From Methanobacterium sp. (lineage in GTDB: Archaea > Methanobacteriota > Methanobacteria > Methanobacteriales > Methanobacteriaceae): a stretch of 64,000 nt of DNA. The translations under genes and the position numbers were made by a program. The notes under the pieces were generated by a model. The model was not told the origin of the DNA. It ran no database searches and saw only the letters and a list, made by a program, of their open reading frames with translations. The stretch lies in the NCBI RefSeq assembly GCF_016222945.1, contig NZ_JACRPY010000003.1; one strand, 5' to 3'. This document shows positions 11,309 through 23,526 of this stretch, piece by piece; position 1 is the first letter of the stretch, and each line of letters begins with the position of its first letter.

Positions 11309-13708
11309 TTACCAGACTTCCTGACCTTGGTTAAAATGAGCAGTAAATATTTTGCTGGGATCATTGGTTTCTTCTACATTAGGAATTTTAATATTATCCA
11401 TATTTCCAAGGCCTATTGGTACATAAAGGATAAAATCCAAAAGATCCGCTCCTTTAGAGATTGCATTAAAGTATGCATTTAAGGCTTCTGGATCAGATTC
11501 TCGCTGATCAACACTTCCAGTGTATAAACCGTTATTTCCAGTTTTATCTGCGTAACTGAATGCTAGGCCATAAAGAGAGCCAATATTGATCTTATCTAAA
11601 GATAAGGCACCGTATATGGAACTGAATATCATGGCATGTTTTGCAAGCTCCCAACTAGGCCATAAACCATTTCCCCAGCTCATACCTTGTATAAATGGGT
11701 CTTCACTTTGAATCTTCGATTTTGACATTTCATATGCCATATTAGCAATTCCCATTAACACATATTCCTGGGCAAAATTATGTCCATGAGGATTCCAGTT
11801 TTCGTTGCCATTTTTAAGGTAAAAATTTGCATTTTGATAAAAAGGCCCTTTAAGAGCTCCAAAATCTTCCGTAATCATAATATCCAGTGCATATGACATT
11901 ATACTGAATCCGGGAGTCCAAATGCCTTTTCGCCCATTCTCATCATAATCAATAATTCCATCATGATTCTCATCAAAACTATCAATGAATTCTTTGAAAA
12001 TTGAAGTCCCTGTTAATGTATCGTGTGCTTCTGCATAGCTCAAAATAGTTTTTTGCATGTCCCATAGCATGCAACTAGGATTATAGTACATGGTTTTAGT
12101 CATTAGTTCAACGAATTTTTCATTATCAATTCTACCGAGATGACCAGCAATAGAAGTTAATGGAGTACTGGTTACACTATCCCAACCTGTAACATAGTAC
12201 TTTTGCTGTCCTATTCCTCTTTTTTCAGCATATTCATATAGATTATACCTGAAAAGCGGTGAATCAAGCCCTTCTTCAGTTATTATATTTTTTCCATCTA
12301 TTCTGGCCACAGGGACGTGATGTACGAACTCGGTATTCCAGTTATTTTCTTCTTTGAGTCTCATTCCTTCAGACATGGGGACAGTTTTGAAGCAGTAACG
12401 TGCACATAAAAGATCCAGTGCAACACAGTCTAAAGATGACCAGATATATCCTTCAGGAATTCTAACAGCTATCCCCTCAGGATTATGGCTTAGATTGATC
12501 ATGTTGACAGAATCAGAAATATGCATCATAAAAACTCCCTGATTTTGCACTGCTTTGATAACATCTGCTTGAGTTCCTTTCATTCCTGCAGTTTTTGTAA
12601 CTATGTATGCCCCATTTTCATCCATGATAGGTAAGTTAGTATCTTCGTCTATTTCAGCGATCCATGGCATATGTGGTAGTTTGCCTTTGAAAGTCGGATT
12701 TTCTGTGGCAGGCATAGCGTATTCCCATGAATAATTACTTTCACTTGATGAAGCACATTGAGTAGGATAAAGACCAATACCAAGGTTTTTGATGGCATTT
12801 GTTATTAGATCCTGAGCATGGATTTTCATTTTAGGAACATTAATCAAGACACAGCCAGGGTAATCTTTGATATCATCAGCATTTTGAGGATCGCCTCCAA
12901 TAATGACTTTATGCAAAGTGATATCCTTGAAATTTTCTCCTCCTGGAACAGAAACAGTTCTACCTCTGAATGGATCTTCATCTATCTTGTTTAGATCGTA
13001 GACCATCAGCCGGTCATGAGCTTTACCAGGTGCGAAATATCTACCTTTTATGCTATCTTCATAGCCATTCATAGGGTCATCGACATGAGATGAAGGGTGA
13101 TGCTCTTTAAGGTATTTACGGACAAAATAAAAACCCCAACCCCCATAAAAGTCTCCACACCTCCCTTCAAAAACAGCTTCTGTGGTGACAGTTTTTTCTG
13201 AATTAAGACTGTAACTTGCCCCAACAAGAAGTGCAGAAGTGGAAGCTTCACCTAAGGCCATCTGATAGTAATCAATGTTTAATTTATCGTGGAACCATCT
13301 CATCAAAGCAGCGATCATCGACCAATCAGTACAGATAGGGGCACCCAGATCTTCACCATGGGTATCGGGGTCAATGACTTGTGGTCCGACCAGGTTAGGT
13401 TTGAAAAGTAATTTTTTTCCTGATTGTATTTCCGATTGCAGCTTACTGATAAAATCTGTCTCTTTGTCAAGAGAAACCAGGGAATAATCAATATGGTCAT
13501 ATATATAGTCGATTTTTTTAACAATTGTTGCCCAGGCAGCTTCATCATCTAAATTAATAACCTTTTGAAGTAATTCAGGAATTTCTGCATATGCTTTTGA
13601 AGCATCCATTTTTGCACCGCAAACAGGTGATCCCTGTGAATCGGTTTTTTTATTGTCTATATCTGAGTTTAAAGGGATATTTTTTCTACAAAAGTCATTA
13701 GGATTCAT
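11309..13708 (-). CDS. Large DUF362-like protein with canonical EF-hand loop
   Basis: 799 aa. N-terminal part carries DUF362-like motifs (LLFKPNLV; VLINVPKMKIHAQDLITNAIKNLG). The C-terminal part contains DENHDGIIDYDE, which matches the EF-hand loop consensus. Last gene of a tightly spaced three-gene operon. Confidence 0.55.
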   Translation of the reverse strand: MNPNDFCRKNIPLNSDIDNKKTDSQGSPVCGAKMDASKAYAEIPELLQKVINLDDEAAWATIVKKIDYIYDHIDYSLVSLDKETDFISKLQSEIQSGKKLLFKPNLVGPQVIDPDTHGEDLGAPICTDWSMIAALMRWFHDKLNIDYYQMALGEASTSALLVGASYSLNSEKTVTTEAVFEGRCGDFYGGWGFYFVRKYLKEHHPSSHVDDPMNGYEDSIKGRYFAPGKAHDRLMVYDLNKIDEDPFRGRTVSVPGGENFKDITLHKVIIGGDPQNADDIKDYPGCVLINVPKMKIHAQDLITNAIKNLGIGLYPTQCASSSESNYSWEYAMPATENPTFKGKLPHMPWIAEIDEDTNLPIMDENGAYIVTKTAGMKGTQADVIKAVQNQGVFMMHISDSVNMINLSHNPEGIAVRIPEGYIWSSLDCVALDLLCARYCFKTVPMSEGMRLKEENNWNTEFVHHVPVARIDGKNIITEEGLDSPLFRYNLYEYAEKRGIGQQKYYVTGWDSVTSTPLTSIAGHLGRIDNEKFVELMTKTMYYNPSCMLWDMQKTILSYAEAHDTLTGTSIFKEFIDSFDENHDGIIDYDENGRKGIWTPGFSIMSYALDIMITEDFGALKGPFYQNANFYLKNGNENWNPHGHNFAQEYVLMGIANMAYEMSKSKIQSEDPFIQGMSWGNGLWPSWELAKHAMIFSSIYGALSLDKINIGSLYGLAFSYADKTGNNGLYTGSVDQRESDPEALNAYFNAISKGADLLDFILYVPIGLGNMDNIKIPNVEETNDPSKIFTAHFNQGQEVW

Positions 13709-13718
13709 TTAACCATCT

Positions 13719-14591
13719 CTATAACAACATATGTTTTTCTTCATATTCTTCTGGGCTGAGGTTCATTTCTTTTAAGATTTTTTCATAATCTGCCCTGCGT
13801 TCACGTGCCAAGCTTAATAGGGATTCATCTCCTTTTCCAAGGACATAATCTCTCCATAATTCAGTATTAGGTTCCTCAGGTATGATAATAATGCCCTTAA
13901 GTTCTGAAACTTTGTCTAGACTGTCTATCGCTGCTTTATCTGCAGGATATGCATCTTTAGGGATTTTTAATTCTCCTCGAGGTTTGCCATCAATTCCTTT
14001 GTTTAAGATAGGTGTTGCAACAAAGGCAGGGCAGATAGTTGAAAAATGAAGGCCTTTATCTGCATATTCATATCTCAAGCATTCTGTAAGCCCAGTGACA
14101 CCATATTTTGTAAGGGAATAAAGTGCCTGAAATGGAGGCGGGACAATCCCTGCAATGGAGCTGGTGTTAACAATGTGACCAAATCCCTGTTTCAGCATGA
14201 TGGGTACTGCAGTATGAACACCATAAATGACACTCCAAAGATTGGTATCAATAATAGTTTTCCAATCCTCGAGGGTAGCAGTCGTAAAAGGTAGAGTACC
14301 TCCAACTCCAGCATTGTTGAATAACATATCCAACCTGCCAGTTTCTGCTACTGTATCTTCAATGGCCTTTTGTACCTGTTTTTGAACTGTAACATCCACA
14401 ATTAGAGTATGTAATTTATCTCCATATTCAGAGAGTTGTTCTGCAGCGTCGGCAACCTTTTTAGGGTTTCTTCCAGCCATGTAAACAACTGCTCCTCTTT
14501 TTAAAAGTTCTTCACATAATGCATATCCAATACCTGAATTTCCGCCTGTAACAATACATATTTTATCTTTATAATAATCTGAACTGCTCAT
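13719..14591 (-). CDS. Short-chain dehydrogenase/reductase (SDR)
   Basis: TGGNSGIG cofactor motif, NNAG, and a Ser..YxxxK catalytic pattern (SSIAG..YSLTK). Start moved to ATG 14591 (MSSSDYY..), preceded by GGAAGTGA. The longer track ORF overlaps the upstream gene. Confidence 0.85.
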   Translation of the reverse strand: MSSSDYYKDKICIVTGGNSGIGYALCEELLKRGAVVYMAGRNPKKVADAAEQLSEYGDKLHTLIVDVTVQKQVQKAIEDTVAETGRLDMLFNNAGVGGTLPFTTATLEDWKTIIDTNLWSVIYGVHTAVPIMLKQGFGHIVNTSSIAGIVPPPFQALYSLTKYGVTGLTECLRYEYADKGLHFSTICPAFVATPILNKGIDGKPRGELKIPKDAYPADKAAIDSLDKVSELKGIIIIPEEPNTELWRDYVLGKGDESLLSLARERRADYEKILKEMNLSPEEYEEKHMLL

Positions 14592-14610
14592 AATAATCAC
14601 TTCCACTTTT

Positions 14611-15405
<795 letters not shown>

Positions 15406-15626
15406 TTTATCTTCCCCTCTCTTAGCCTAAGTGATTAACTATTAACATCCATAATACTTAAACTTTGCACCAATAAATGGAGATAAGTGTTCTTTTATTT
15501 ATAAATCATTAAAATTAAATTATATTTAAAATAAAAGAATTAAAAAAAGAAACATTGAAAAATAAGGATGTTATAGCGCTCTTCAGGCAGGAATACCCTA
15601 AATAGTGATTTATTAAATTACATTTT

Positions 15627-16307
15627 TCAAATTACCACGATTGGTGAATGATCTGAAATTTTAGATTCCCGAATTTGAGAATCTGAGTAAATAGATACAT
15701 CCTCTAAAGTTGGAATAAGCTTCGGGGAAACGAATGCATAGTCCAATCTGAACCCCGTTCCTGAATGGTGAAACCAAGTATATCCATCAGAATCCTCTGT
15801 AGGGTTGTATTTCCACAGGTCAATGTACTCCAATTCCTCTAGTTTAATTAAATCATTAGCATTGTATTCTGTTTTATTTGAAGAATCATATTTGGTGCAG
15901 CTGTTGAAATCACCAGTTATGAGTACGTTCTTATCAAGGTTCTTCTCTGCGTAATCTAAAATTTTCTTCCAGAATAAATTCTTTTCAGTACCCGCCTGGT
16001 CTGGAACATAAACTCCCAGCACATATAAATCCATTTTTGGAATATAAACTTCAACCCACCTATCCATAACATTCTTTGTTACAAAATCATCCTTACAGGC
16101 AATAAATGATCCCATACCTCCTTTTTCATTGGAAGGTTGGGTCTTATAACCTTTATTAACTAATTTATGGATTATTTCCTGACCATTATCGTTTTTAATA
16201 AATTCTGTCAGGACAATCATGTCAAAATCATTTTTCAACAGATATTCCACTATTTTTGGGGTTCTTTTTTCCCCACCAAAACGAATGTTAAAATTAAGAA
16301 TTCTCAT
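15627..16307 (-). CDS. Endonuclease/exonuclease/phosphatase (EEP) family protein
   Basis: MRILNFNIRFGG.. N-terminus, ..ITGDFNS.., and C-terminal ..DYAFVS..SDHSPIVV, all typical of the EEP fold. Confidence 0.8.
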   Translation of the reverse strand: MRILNFNIRFGGEKRTPKIVEYLLKNDFDMIVLTEFIKNDNGQEIIHKLVNKGYKTQPSNEKGGMGSFIACKDDFVTKNVMDRWVEVYIPKMDLYVLGVYVPDQAGTEKNLFWKKILDYAEKNLDKNVLITGDFNSCTKYDSSNKTEYNANDLIKLEELEYIDLWKYNPTEDSDGYTWFHHSGTGFRLDYAFVSPKLIPTLEDVSIYSDSQIRESKISDHSPIVVI

Positions 16308-17055
16308 TTTCCTGTCTCCTTACCGTGAAATATAAGCTAATAAAAAATAATTTCGTTTTATAATGATTCATAAACAATAAATTCAGAAAATAATTTTTTT
16401 ATTATTGTTTAACAGCAAATAATATACATATGTTTTGCTTTACATAAAAAGAGGATGTATTATTTTGGCAGAAAAGATTTTTCTACTTCAGGAGGAAAAC
16501 GAGCTGGTGGAGACGGAAGAGAAGGAGTATATGTCTGAAAATATATTGCAGGACTGGAAAATATGCAAATAAATGCAACAAGACTAAAATTATGAAATCT
16601 TAAATTAACATTGAAGAAGTAAAAACAAAATAAAAAAATATAATTATTTTTTAATCTAAATTAATAAATGAGGTGAGATAATGACAGACAGAAAATGGAG
16701 AATAATAGATGAAAATAAAAAAAAATTCTATGACGCAGTAGCTGAATGTGAAGCACAAGGTTATACATTAATACCTGAAAGCTTTTCTTCATATCCCATA
16801 GCAAGTCAATATGCACATTATACATGTTTAATGAAAAAAGAATAACCAGGGAGTTAGTCTTTTGTTAAATCTATTGATAAAATTGACATATTACATCTTA
16901 AAAAAATTGGGGATCGCTTGGATACACTCACAGTTTAGATGGTTGAAATGGTTAAGCCTGACTAGAAAAGTAGTATGGCCTCTATTGATGATTTTAATGA
17001 GATGGTGAAAATAAAAAAAGAAAAATCAAAGTAAATAAATCTTAAACTGGCCAAT

Positions 17056-17226
17056 CTATGATTTAATTTCACTTATCATTTTTTCAACAGCTATTATTTC
17101 ATTTTTAAGTTCTCTTACATATCCTTCCAATTGTTTTATCTTCTCTTCTTTAGTAAAAAATCTTCTTCGATGTCCAGGGGAGTGTTCATTGCCTATTGAT
17201 GTCATACAGCAGCTATTTCCGCACAT
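17056..17226 (-). CDS. Small Cys-rich coiled-coil protein (possibly DUF5320-like)
   Basis: Start reassigned to ATG 17226 (MCGNSCCMTS..), 7 nt after a perfect GGAGGTGA. The track's TTG start lies inside that SD. C-terminal amphipathic helix. Divergent from the HxlR gene. Confidence 0.5.
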   Translation of the reverse strand: MCGNSCCMTSIGNEHSPGHRRRFFTKEEKIKQLEGYVRELKNEIIAVEKMISEIKS

Positions 17227-17331
17227 GTTTTTTTTCACCTCCTTCAATTTCTAAACTAACTATAAAAAATAAAGTATTTATAATACAAAGTTTATAGTAA
17301 TATAGTAAATATCTCGGGAGAAAGTGATAAC

Positions 17332-17715
17332 ATGGATAAATGCATAGAATTATGTCTCTGCCCTTTAGAAGGAGTAATTGACATTGTTAGTAAAAAATGG
17401 ACCCTTCTAATAATAAATTCCCTTGGAAATCACGGAAAACTCAGGTTCAATGAATTAATGAAAGAACTTGAAGGCGTTAGCCCTAAAACATTATCAGATA
17501 CCTTAAAGGTTCTTGAAGCTGAAGGATTGATTAAAAGGAAAAATTTTAAGGAAATACCTCCCCGAGTTGAATATTCACTAATAGAAGATGGAATTGAACT
17601 TAGAAAAGCTATATTGCCCCTTATTGAATGGGCTTCAAAAAGAGAAAACTTTAAAAAAGGTGAATGTTCAAGTTCATATCGTCCAGCCCATCACATAAAC
17701 GATTCAACACTTTAA
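17332..17715 (+). CDS. HxlR-family winged-helix transcriptional regulator
   Basis: CPLEGVIDIVSKKWTLLII..LRFNEL..VSPKTLSDTLKVLEAEGLIKR..VEYSLIEDG is the HxlR signature. Confidence 0.85.
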   Translation: MDKCIELCLCPLEGVIDIVSKKWTLLIINSLGNHGKLRFNELMKELEGVSPKTLSDTLKVLEAEGLIKRKNFKEIPPRVEYSLIEDGIELRKAILPLIEWASKRENFKKGECSSSYRPAHHINDSTL

Positions 17716-17884
17716 ATTGTAAAAAGGAATAAATAAGGATTTTTATTTCCTTTTTTTATTTCCCTGCAAAAGTATATATACTATTAGTTCGCATAATAAC
17801 GTACAGTTCGGATTTAAGCGAACCAATAATACAAATAAAAATTATTATTGATAATTTGATTAAATCAAATGGAGGCCTAAACCT

Positions 17885-18103
17885 ATGAAACCAGAAGAAA
17901 TGGCTAAAAAATGCCCTAAATGCGGCTGTCAGGATAAAAATAGATCCCAAATTAGAAAAGACGAAGGAGACGACACTATTTTTCTCATACCTCATGTACC
18001 TAAAAATGGTGTTGAAGTTATCCGCTGCAGCGAATGTGGACATATATTCGAATACTGTGAGGAATGTAAACCAGTATTAGAAGTAAAAAAGAAAGTTATT
18101 TAA
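17885..18103 (+). CDS. Small zinc-ribbon protein
   Basis: 72 aa with CPKCGC ... CSECG ... CEEC. SD GGAGG upstream. Confidence 0.5.
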   Translation: MKPEEMAKKCPKCGCQDKNRSQIRKDEGDDTIFLIPHVPKNGVEVIRCSECGHIFEYCEECKPVLEVKKKVI

Positions 18104-18276
18104 ATTCATCAGTGCAAATAACTGCTAAAATTAATTTTAAACTCTTAATTCATCTTTCTTTTTTTAATTTATATATAAAAAATAGAAATAAAAATAAAAT
18201 ATGAGATTTTGATCCAAAAAAAGCAGTTTTTTTAAATCATGCTTTATAATGGAAAAATCTCTTTTTAAATTATTTT

Positions 18277-18696
18277 TTATGACCAATACCTATCAGAGGT
18301 TCCTTTAGTCCATAATACAGTTTGCTGAGGTCTGTAAACCTTCCAATAATATTTCACTGCACTATATGTAGTGGTTTTGTATGTGTATATCCATCCACCT
18401 TCAATTGATTGTTCCTTAATCCGGAGCTTGTGTCTACTGACCTTTTTTAATTGAGTCCAAGAGCTGGAAACAAGTGCACCATTACTTTCATATCCTTTTA
18501 TATTTATCCATACAACATTGTTGCTGTATTTGTAGGTTGTAAACACATATTTTCCACTATTAAAATCTTGACTACCACTAGGACAGTTCAAAACTCTTTT
18601 ATCAATTACTTTTACTGCTGCAACAGGTTCTGCGATTTGAAGTCCCAAAACAACCACGGATAATATTGCAAATACAAACAGTAAGTTCTTATTCAC
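18277..18696 (-). CDS. Secreted hypothetical protein
   Basis: 139 aa, N-terminal signal peptide, GTG start after AAGGGGGATGA. Confidence 0.5.
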   Translation of the reverse strand: MNKNLLFVFAILSVVVLGLQIAEPVAAVKVIDKRVLNCPSGSQDFNSGKYVFTTYKYSNNVVWINIKGYESNGALVSSSWTQLKKVSRHKLRIKEQSIEGGWIYTYKTTTYSAVKYYWKVYRPQQTVLWTKGTSDRYWS

Positions 18697-18909
18697 GTTC
18701 TCATCCCCCTTTTAAAGTATATTAATAAACAATTTCAATGTTGGTTAGTACTTATTAATATATTTTTGTTGAAAGTTTTAAAAAATCAGCCGTTATGCTA
18801 ACCCTCTTTTCTAATTGAACCAATTAACCAGAGATCTAATAAATTTTCGAAAAAAAATGCGTAACTTCATTTGAAAATGCATTACCAATACCCCCTAAGT
18901 TGTTTTGAT

Positions 18910-18990
18910 CTACTTTTTCTTTAATTTATCACGCATAGCCAATGCTGGACTTATAAATTCAATCATTACATCTTTCGGATTTTTTTCCAT
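18910..18990 (-). pseudogene. 26-codon remnant homologous to the C-terminus of the 23862..24302 gene
   Basis: MEKNPKDVMIEFISPALAMRDKLKKK versus ..INQVAEFISQASAKRDKLKKEE. The nucleotide similarity is also visible (ttaatttatcacg...cttataaattc). Confidence 0.3.
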
Positions 18991-19095
18991 TTTTAATTGA
19001 AATCATACAGTTATAACCACTATAAAATAAATATCTCGGTGCAAATAACTACTAAAATTACTTTTAAACTCATAATCCATTTATTTTATTTTAAT

Positions 19096-19953
19096 CTACA
19101 AAAAAAATCTTCTAAGCTCCTGCGCTATGGGTTCCGGCTTGCCGTAATCTTGTGCCGAGTCATGGTTAAGACCCTTAAGTTCAACGAGATTTACATTCGG
19201 CAATACTTCATTCAATGCAATGAGACTATCTTTTATCAGGGATATAGTCTTACTGCCGATTAGCAATAATACTTCTGCAGATACATCTTTGTAGTCCTCA
19301 AGCGTTCCTTCAGTCTTCCTGACGATGTGTAATTCATTTTGCAGTGTGGGAACAAGATCCTGATACGCTACGTCATCTCCTTTGACATTTCTGGCATCTC
19401 TCCACAATACAAGTTTGACAAATGGTACCGCTATAAAATCTGGTATGATTCTAAACATTTTAACCGAATCCTTTGATAACCCGACCGTTGCTTTAGCTAC
19501 ATTGCCCTCAGCCATATTCTTGTCAAGATGACCTATGGCGGTTTTAAATTCATCCAGCCCTTCTTGTCCAACAAAAACAAGAGGTTCATAAGCAGCGACC
19601 TTATGAATAGAAGACAAAGAGATCGCTGCATGAAGTGCAAAAAGTGCGCCGTCTGCCGTTCCAAAGACATAGTGTGCACCTGTTTTCTTTAAAATGGCAT
19701 CAAGATCTTCATCTTCCTTTTCTATACTGTAGTTTTCGCCATATGGTCCGCTCATACCACGACCACGGCGATCTGGAATATAAACTGTAAATTCATCAGA
19801 TAGCATGGTGCCGAGCTTCATAAGGTTTTGAGAAGCATTTACCCCGCCGTGTAGTAAAATAATACCTGGCCCGCTTCCCATCTGTCTAAATCCGATGGTG
19901 GTGCCGTCTTTGGATATTACCGAATCTTTTGTGTATTCTTGTTTTTTACTCAT
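19096..19953 (-). CDS. Alpha/beta-fold hydrolase
   Basis: ..GIILLHGG.. oxyanion motif, GTADG nucleophile-elbow-like motif, C-terminal ..GLNHD... Start set to ATG 19953 (MSKKQEY..) after AAGGAGGAG. Confidence 0.75.
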   Translation of the reverse strand: MSKKQEYTKDSVISKDGTTIGFRQMGSGPGIILLHGGVNASQNLMKLGTMLSDEFTVYIPDRRGRGMSGPYGENYSIEKEDEDLDAILKKTGAHYVFGTADGALFALHAAISLSSIHKVAAYEPLVFVGQEGLDEFKTAIGHLDKNMAEGNVAKATVGLSKDSVKMFRIIPDFIAVPFVKLVLWRDARNVKGDDVAYQDLVPTLQNELHIVRKTEGTLEDYKDVSAEVLLLIGSKTISLIKDSLIALNEVLPNVNLVELKGLNHDSAQDYGKPEPIAQELRRFFL

Positions 19954-20264
19954 ATTAACTCCTCCTTTATTTGCCAAAATCAGGGCCAAACCAGTTAATC
20001 TTGTAATTTTTCCAGTAGTTGTCTCCACTCTGCATGATACTTTCCTCATATGTTTATTACTATTTTTAAACTTATTTAAAAAAATTTTTTTATATCAATA
20101 GTATTTCCTATATAAATTAGCAACAATTTAAATAAAGAACAAACTTTATTTGTATCTTGATAAATACTTTTTTTAATTGTCTTTGAATAATTATCAAATA
20201 ATAATCACCCATATTTAACGCTATCTAACCAAATTAGTCGTTTTTTAGTATTTAGGAGAAAAAA

Positions 20265-21653
<1,389 letters not shown>

Positions 21654-21821
21654 GCATGAATTTAAACTCCAGATCGGTTGTCCAATAGGTAAAATTGTCC
21701 GGATTCATCAAAGCATTTACTATAATGTCTACTGGTTGATTAATAACAGTGCTTACTTCAAAAGTCGTCATATTTTTCCTCTACCTATGCAATCTCTCAA
21801 AATACTCACAAATTACATTAA

Positions 21822-22514
21822 TCACCAGATTCCTGGCAAAATTCTGTATCTGGTTTTCTTTGTGTATTCTTTGTATCCTTCCAGTTCTCTTTGAAGAGTT
21901 TTATCCTCACAATAAGTACGTATAAGGAGCAGTAAAACGATTATAGCAGTGTAAATTAGAGTTAATCCAGAACCAATGATCATTGGAATAGCCAGATGCA
22001 ATAGAATTCCAGAAAGATAACCTGGATGCCTTACTAACCTGTAAGGGCCTGATTCAATGACTTTTTGACCACGATCTTTTTGTATTCTCACTGAAGGTTC
22101 AAAGTAAGGGTTCTTTATCAAAGCCCATACCGCAAGAACCATTGAACCCAGATATAAAATTAGGCCTAATACCATGTACTCTAAGCCAAGGGGCCAGAAA
22201 TTTATGTGGCCTAAATCCCATCCAGCAACAAAAAATTGACCATAAACCCCCAAAATAGTGTAAACTATGAGTATATATTTATCCCAAGTCTTAGTTCCTT
22301 CCTGAAATGCAGAGCCGCCCCTTTTTAAGATAACCTCCGGGTTTAACCGATAAACGATGATGAAACTGGAAATATAATAAATAAAAGTTAAAACGAAGAA
22401 ACCCCATGCTCTGAATATCTCTATCTGCCCTGCAGCAGCAAAGAAAATTATAGCCTGAGCAAGGAGACTTAAAAATAGCCTTAAATTGTAGCGGATAAGA
22501 TTTATTTTCACCAT
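21822..22514 (-). CDS. Isoprenylcysteine carboxyl methyltransferase (ICMT)/PEMT-family membrane methyltransferase
   Basis: ..GPYRLVRHPGYLSGIL.. motif and multiple TM helices. Tandem paralog of the next gene. Confidence 0.8.
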   Translation of the reverse strand: MVKINLIRYNLRLFLSLLAQAIIFFAAAGQIEIFRAWGFFVLTFIYYISSFIIVYRLNPEVILKRGGSAFQEGTKTWDKYILIVYTILGVYGQFFVAGWDLGHINFWPLGLEYMVLGLILYLGSMVLAVWALIKNPYFEPSVRIQKDRGQKVIESGPYRLVRHPGYLSGILLHLAIPMIIGSGLTLIYTAIIVLLLLIRTYCEDKTLQRELEGYKEYTKKTRYRILPGIW

Positions 22515-22592
22515 ATTTTTTATTCCTGATTACTATTGAATAAATTTTATGATACTGTTTTAATCTTTTATTAGTGAAATTAATCCACAATA

Positions 22593-23288
22593 TCACCAGA
22601 TTCCAGGTATTATTCTGTATTTTATTTCATTAGTATACTCTTTATATCCTTCTAATTCTTCCTGTAGAGTCTTATCTTCTAAATATGTTCTTATAAATAG
22701 CGTTACAACAGAAAGTAATGCTGGAATTAATCCCCAAAATGAAGCAAGAACAATTGGAGTAGCTATTGTGAAGATAATCCCTCCCAAATATCCGGGATGT
22801 CTAACAAACCCATAAGGCCCCTCTTTACAAACTGTTTGCTCTCTGTCTTTTTGAATACGCACAACTGATGAAAAGAACTTATTTTCCCTTTTAGCCCATA
22901 ACATGATTATTTGCCCTACAATATATACAAAAGCTGCAGAAATAACAACATAAATAGGAATATGTGGTTCCCATCCAAAACGCCCTGCATCCAAAGCAGA
23001 AATAATGATCATTGCAAAATAAAGAGGTACATTAATGATATAATATATTTTATCCCATTTTTTTGTTCCTTTTCCCGGTTTTAACCTTTCCTGGGTTAAT
23101 TCAGAAGGAATCATGAAATAACTTGCAAGTATAAAGATTACATTCAATCCAATATAAAGCCATCCCTGCCAGTAATAAAAACGCCCTGCACCTATGAAAA
23201 CAAGTGCAAATATTAAAATAAATGCGGAAATATTTCTAAAAAGTAATTTCCTATCTACTTCTTTTTGCTTTCTTTTTTGATTGGTCAT
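22593..23288 (-). CDS. ICMT/PEMT-family membrane methyltransferase (paralog)
   Basis: ..GPYGFVRHPGYLGGIIF... The C-terminus closely matches that of its neighbour (IRTYLEDKTLQEELEGYKEYT..PGIW). Confidence 0.8.
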   Translation of the reverse strand: MTNQKRKQKEVDRKLLFRNISAFILIFALVFIGAGRFYYWQGWLYIGLNVIFILASYFMIPSELTQERLKPGKGTKKWDKIYYIINVPLYFAMIIISALDAGRFGWEPHIPIYVVISAAFVYIVGQIIMLWAKRENKFFSSVVRIQKDREQTVCKEGPYGFVRHPGYLGGIIFTIATPIVLASFWGLIPALLSVVTLFIRTYLEDKTLQEELEGYKEYTNEIKYRIIPGIW

Positions 23289-23526
23289 AATATTGTATTA
23301 TATATTTTTTAATCTTTGAAAAATTTTTTTAATTACTGCGCAATAATTTCTGGCTTTGTAATCATCATCAATTGGCCCACTTAAACCACGGCCTCGGCAA
23401 CAGGAATACTCCTTAAAATACCTATATATCCAATTGTTTTTTTTATTTGAATTTATTGAAAACCATAAAGGGATTTGAAATTTAAACCGTGAAAATTAAA
23501 TATAATATCGGGCAAAATTTAAAACT

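Noticed and set aside
16464-16571. A possible short gene (..AEKIFLLQEENELVETEEKEYMSENILQDWKICK).
   Set aside because: It has only a TTG start, no SD and only about 35 codons. It looks like the orphaned N-terminus of a larger lost gene, and the evidence is too weak to annotate.
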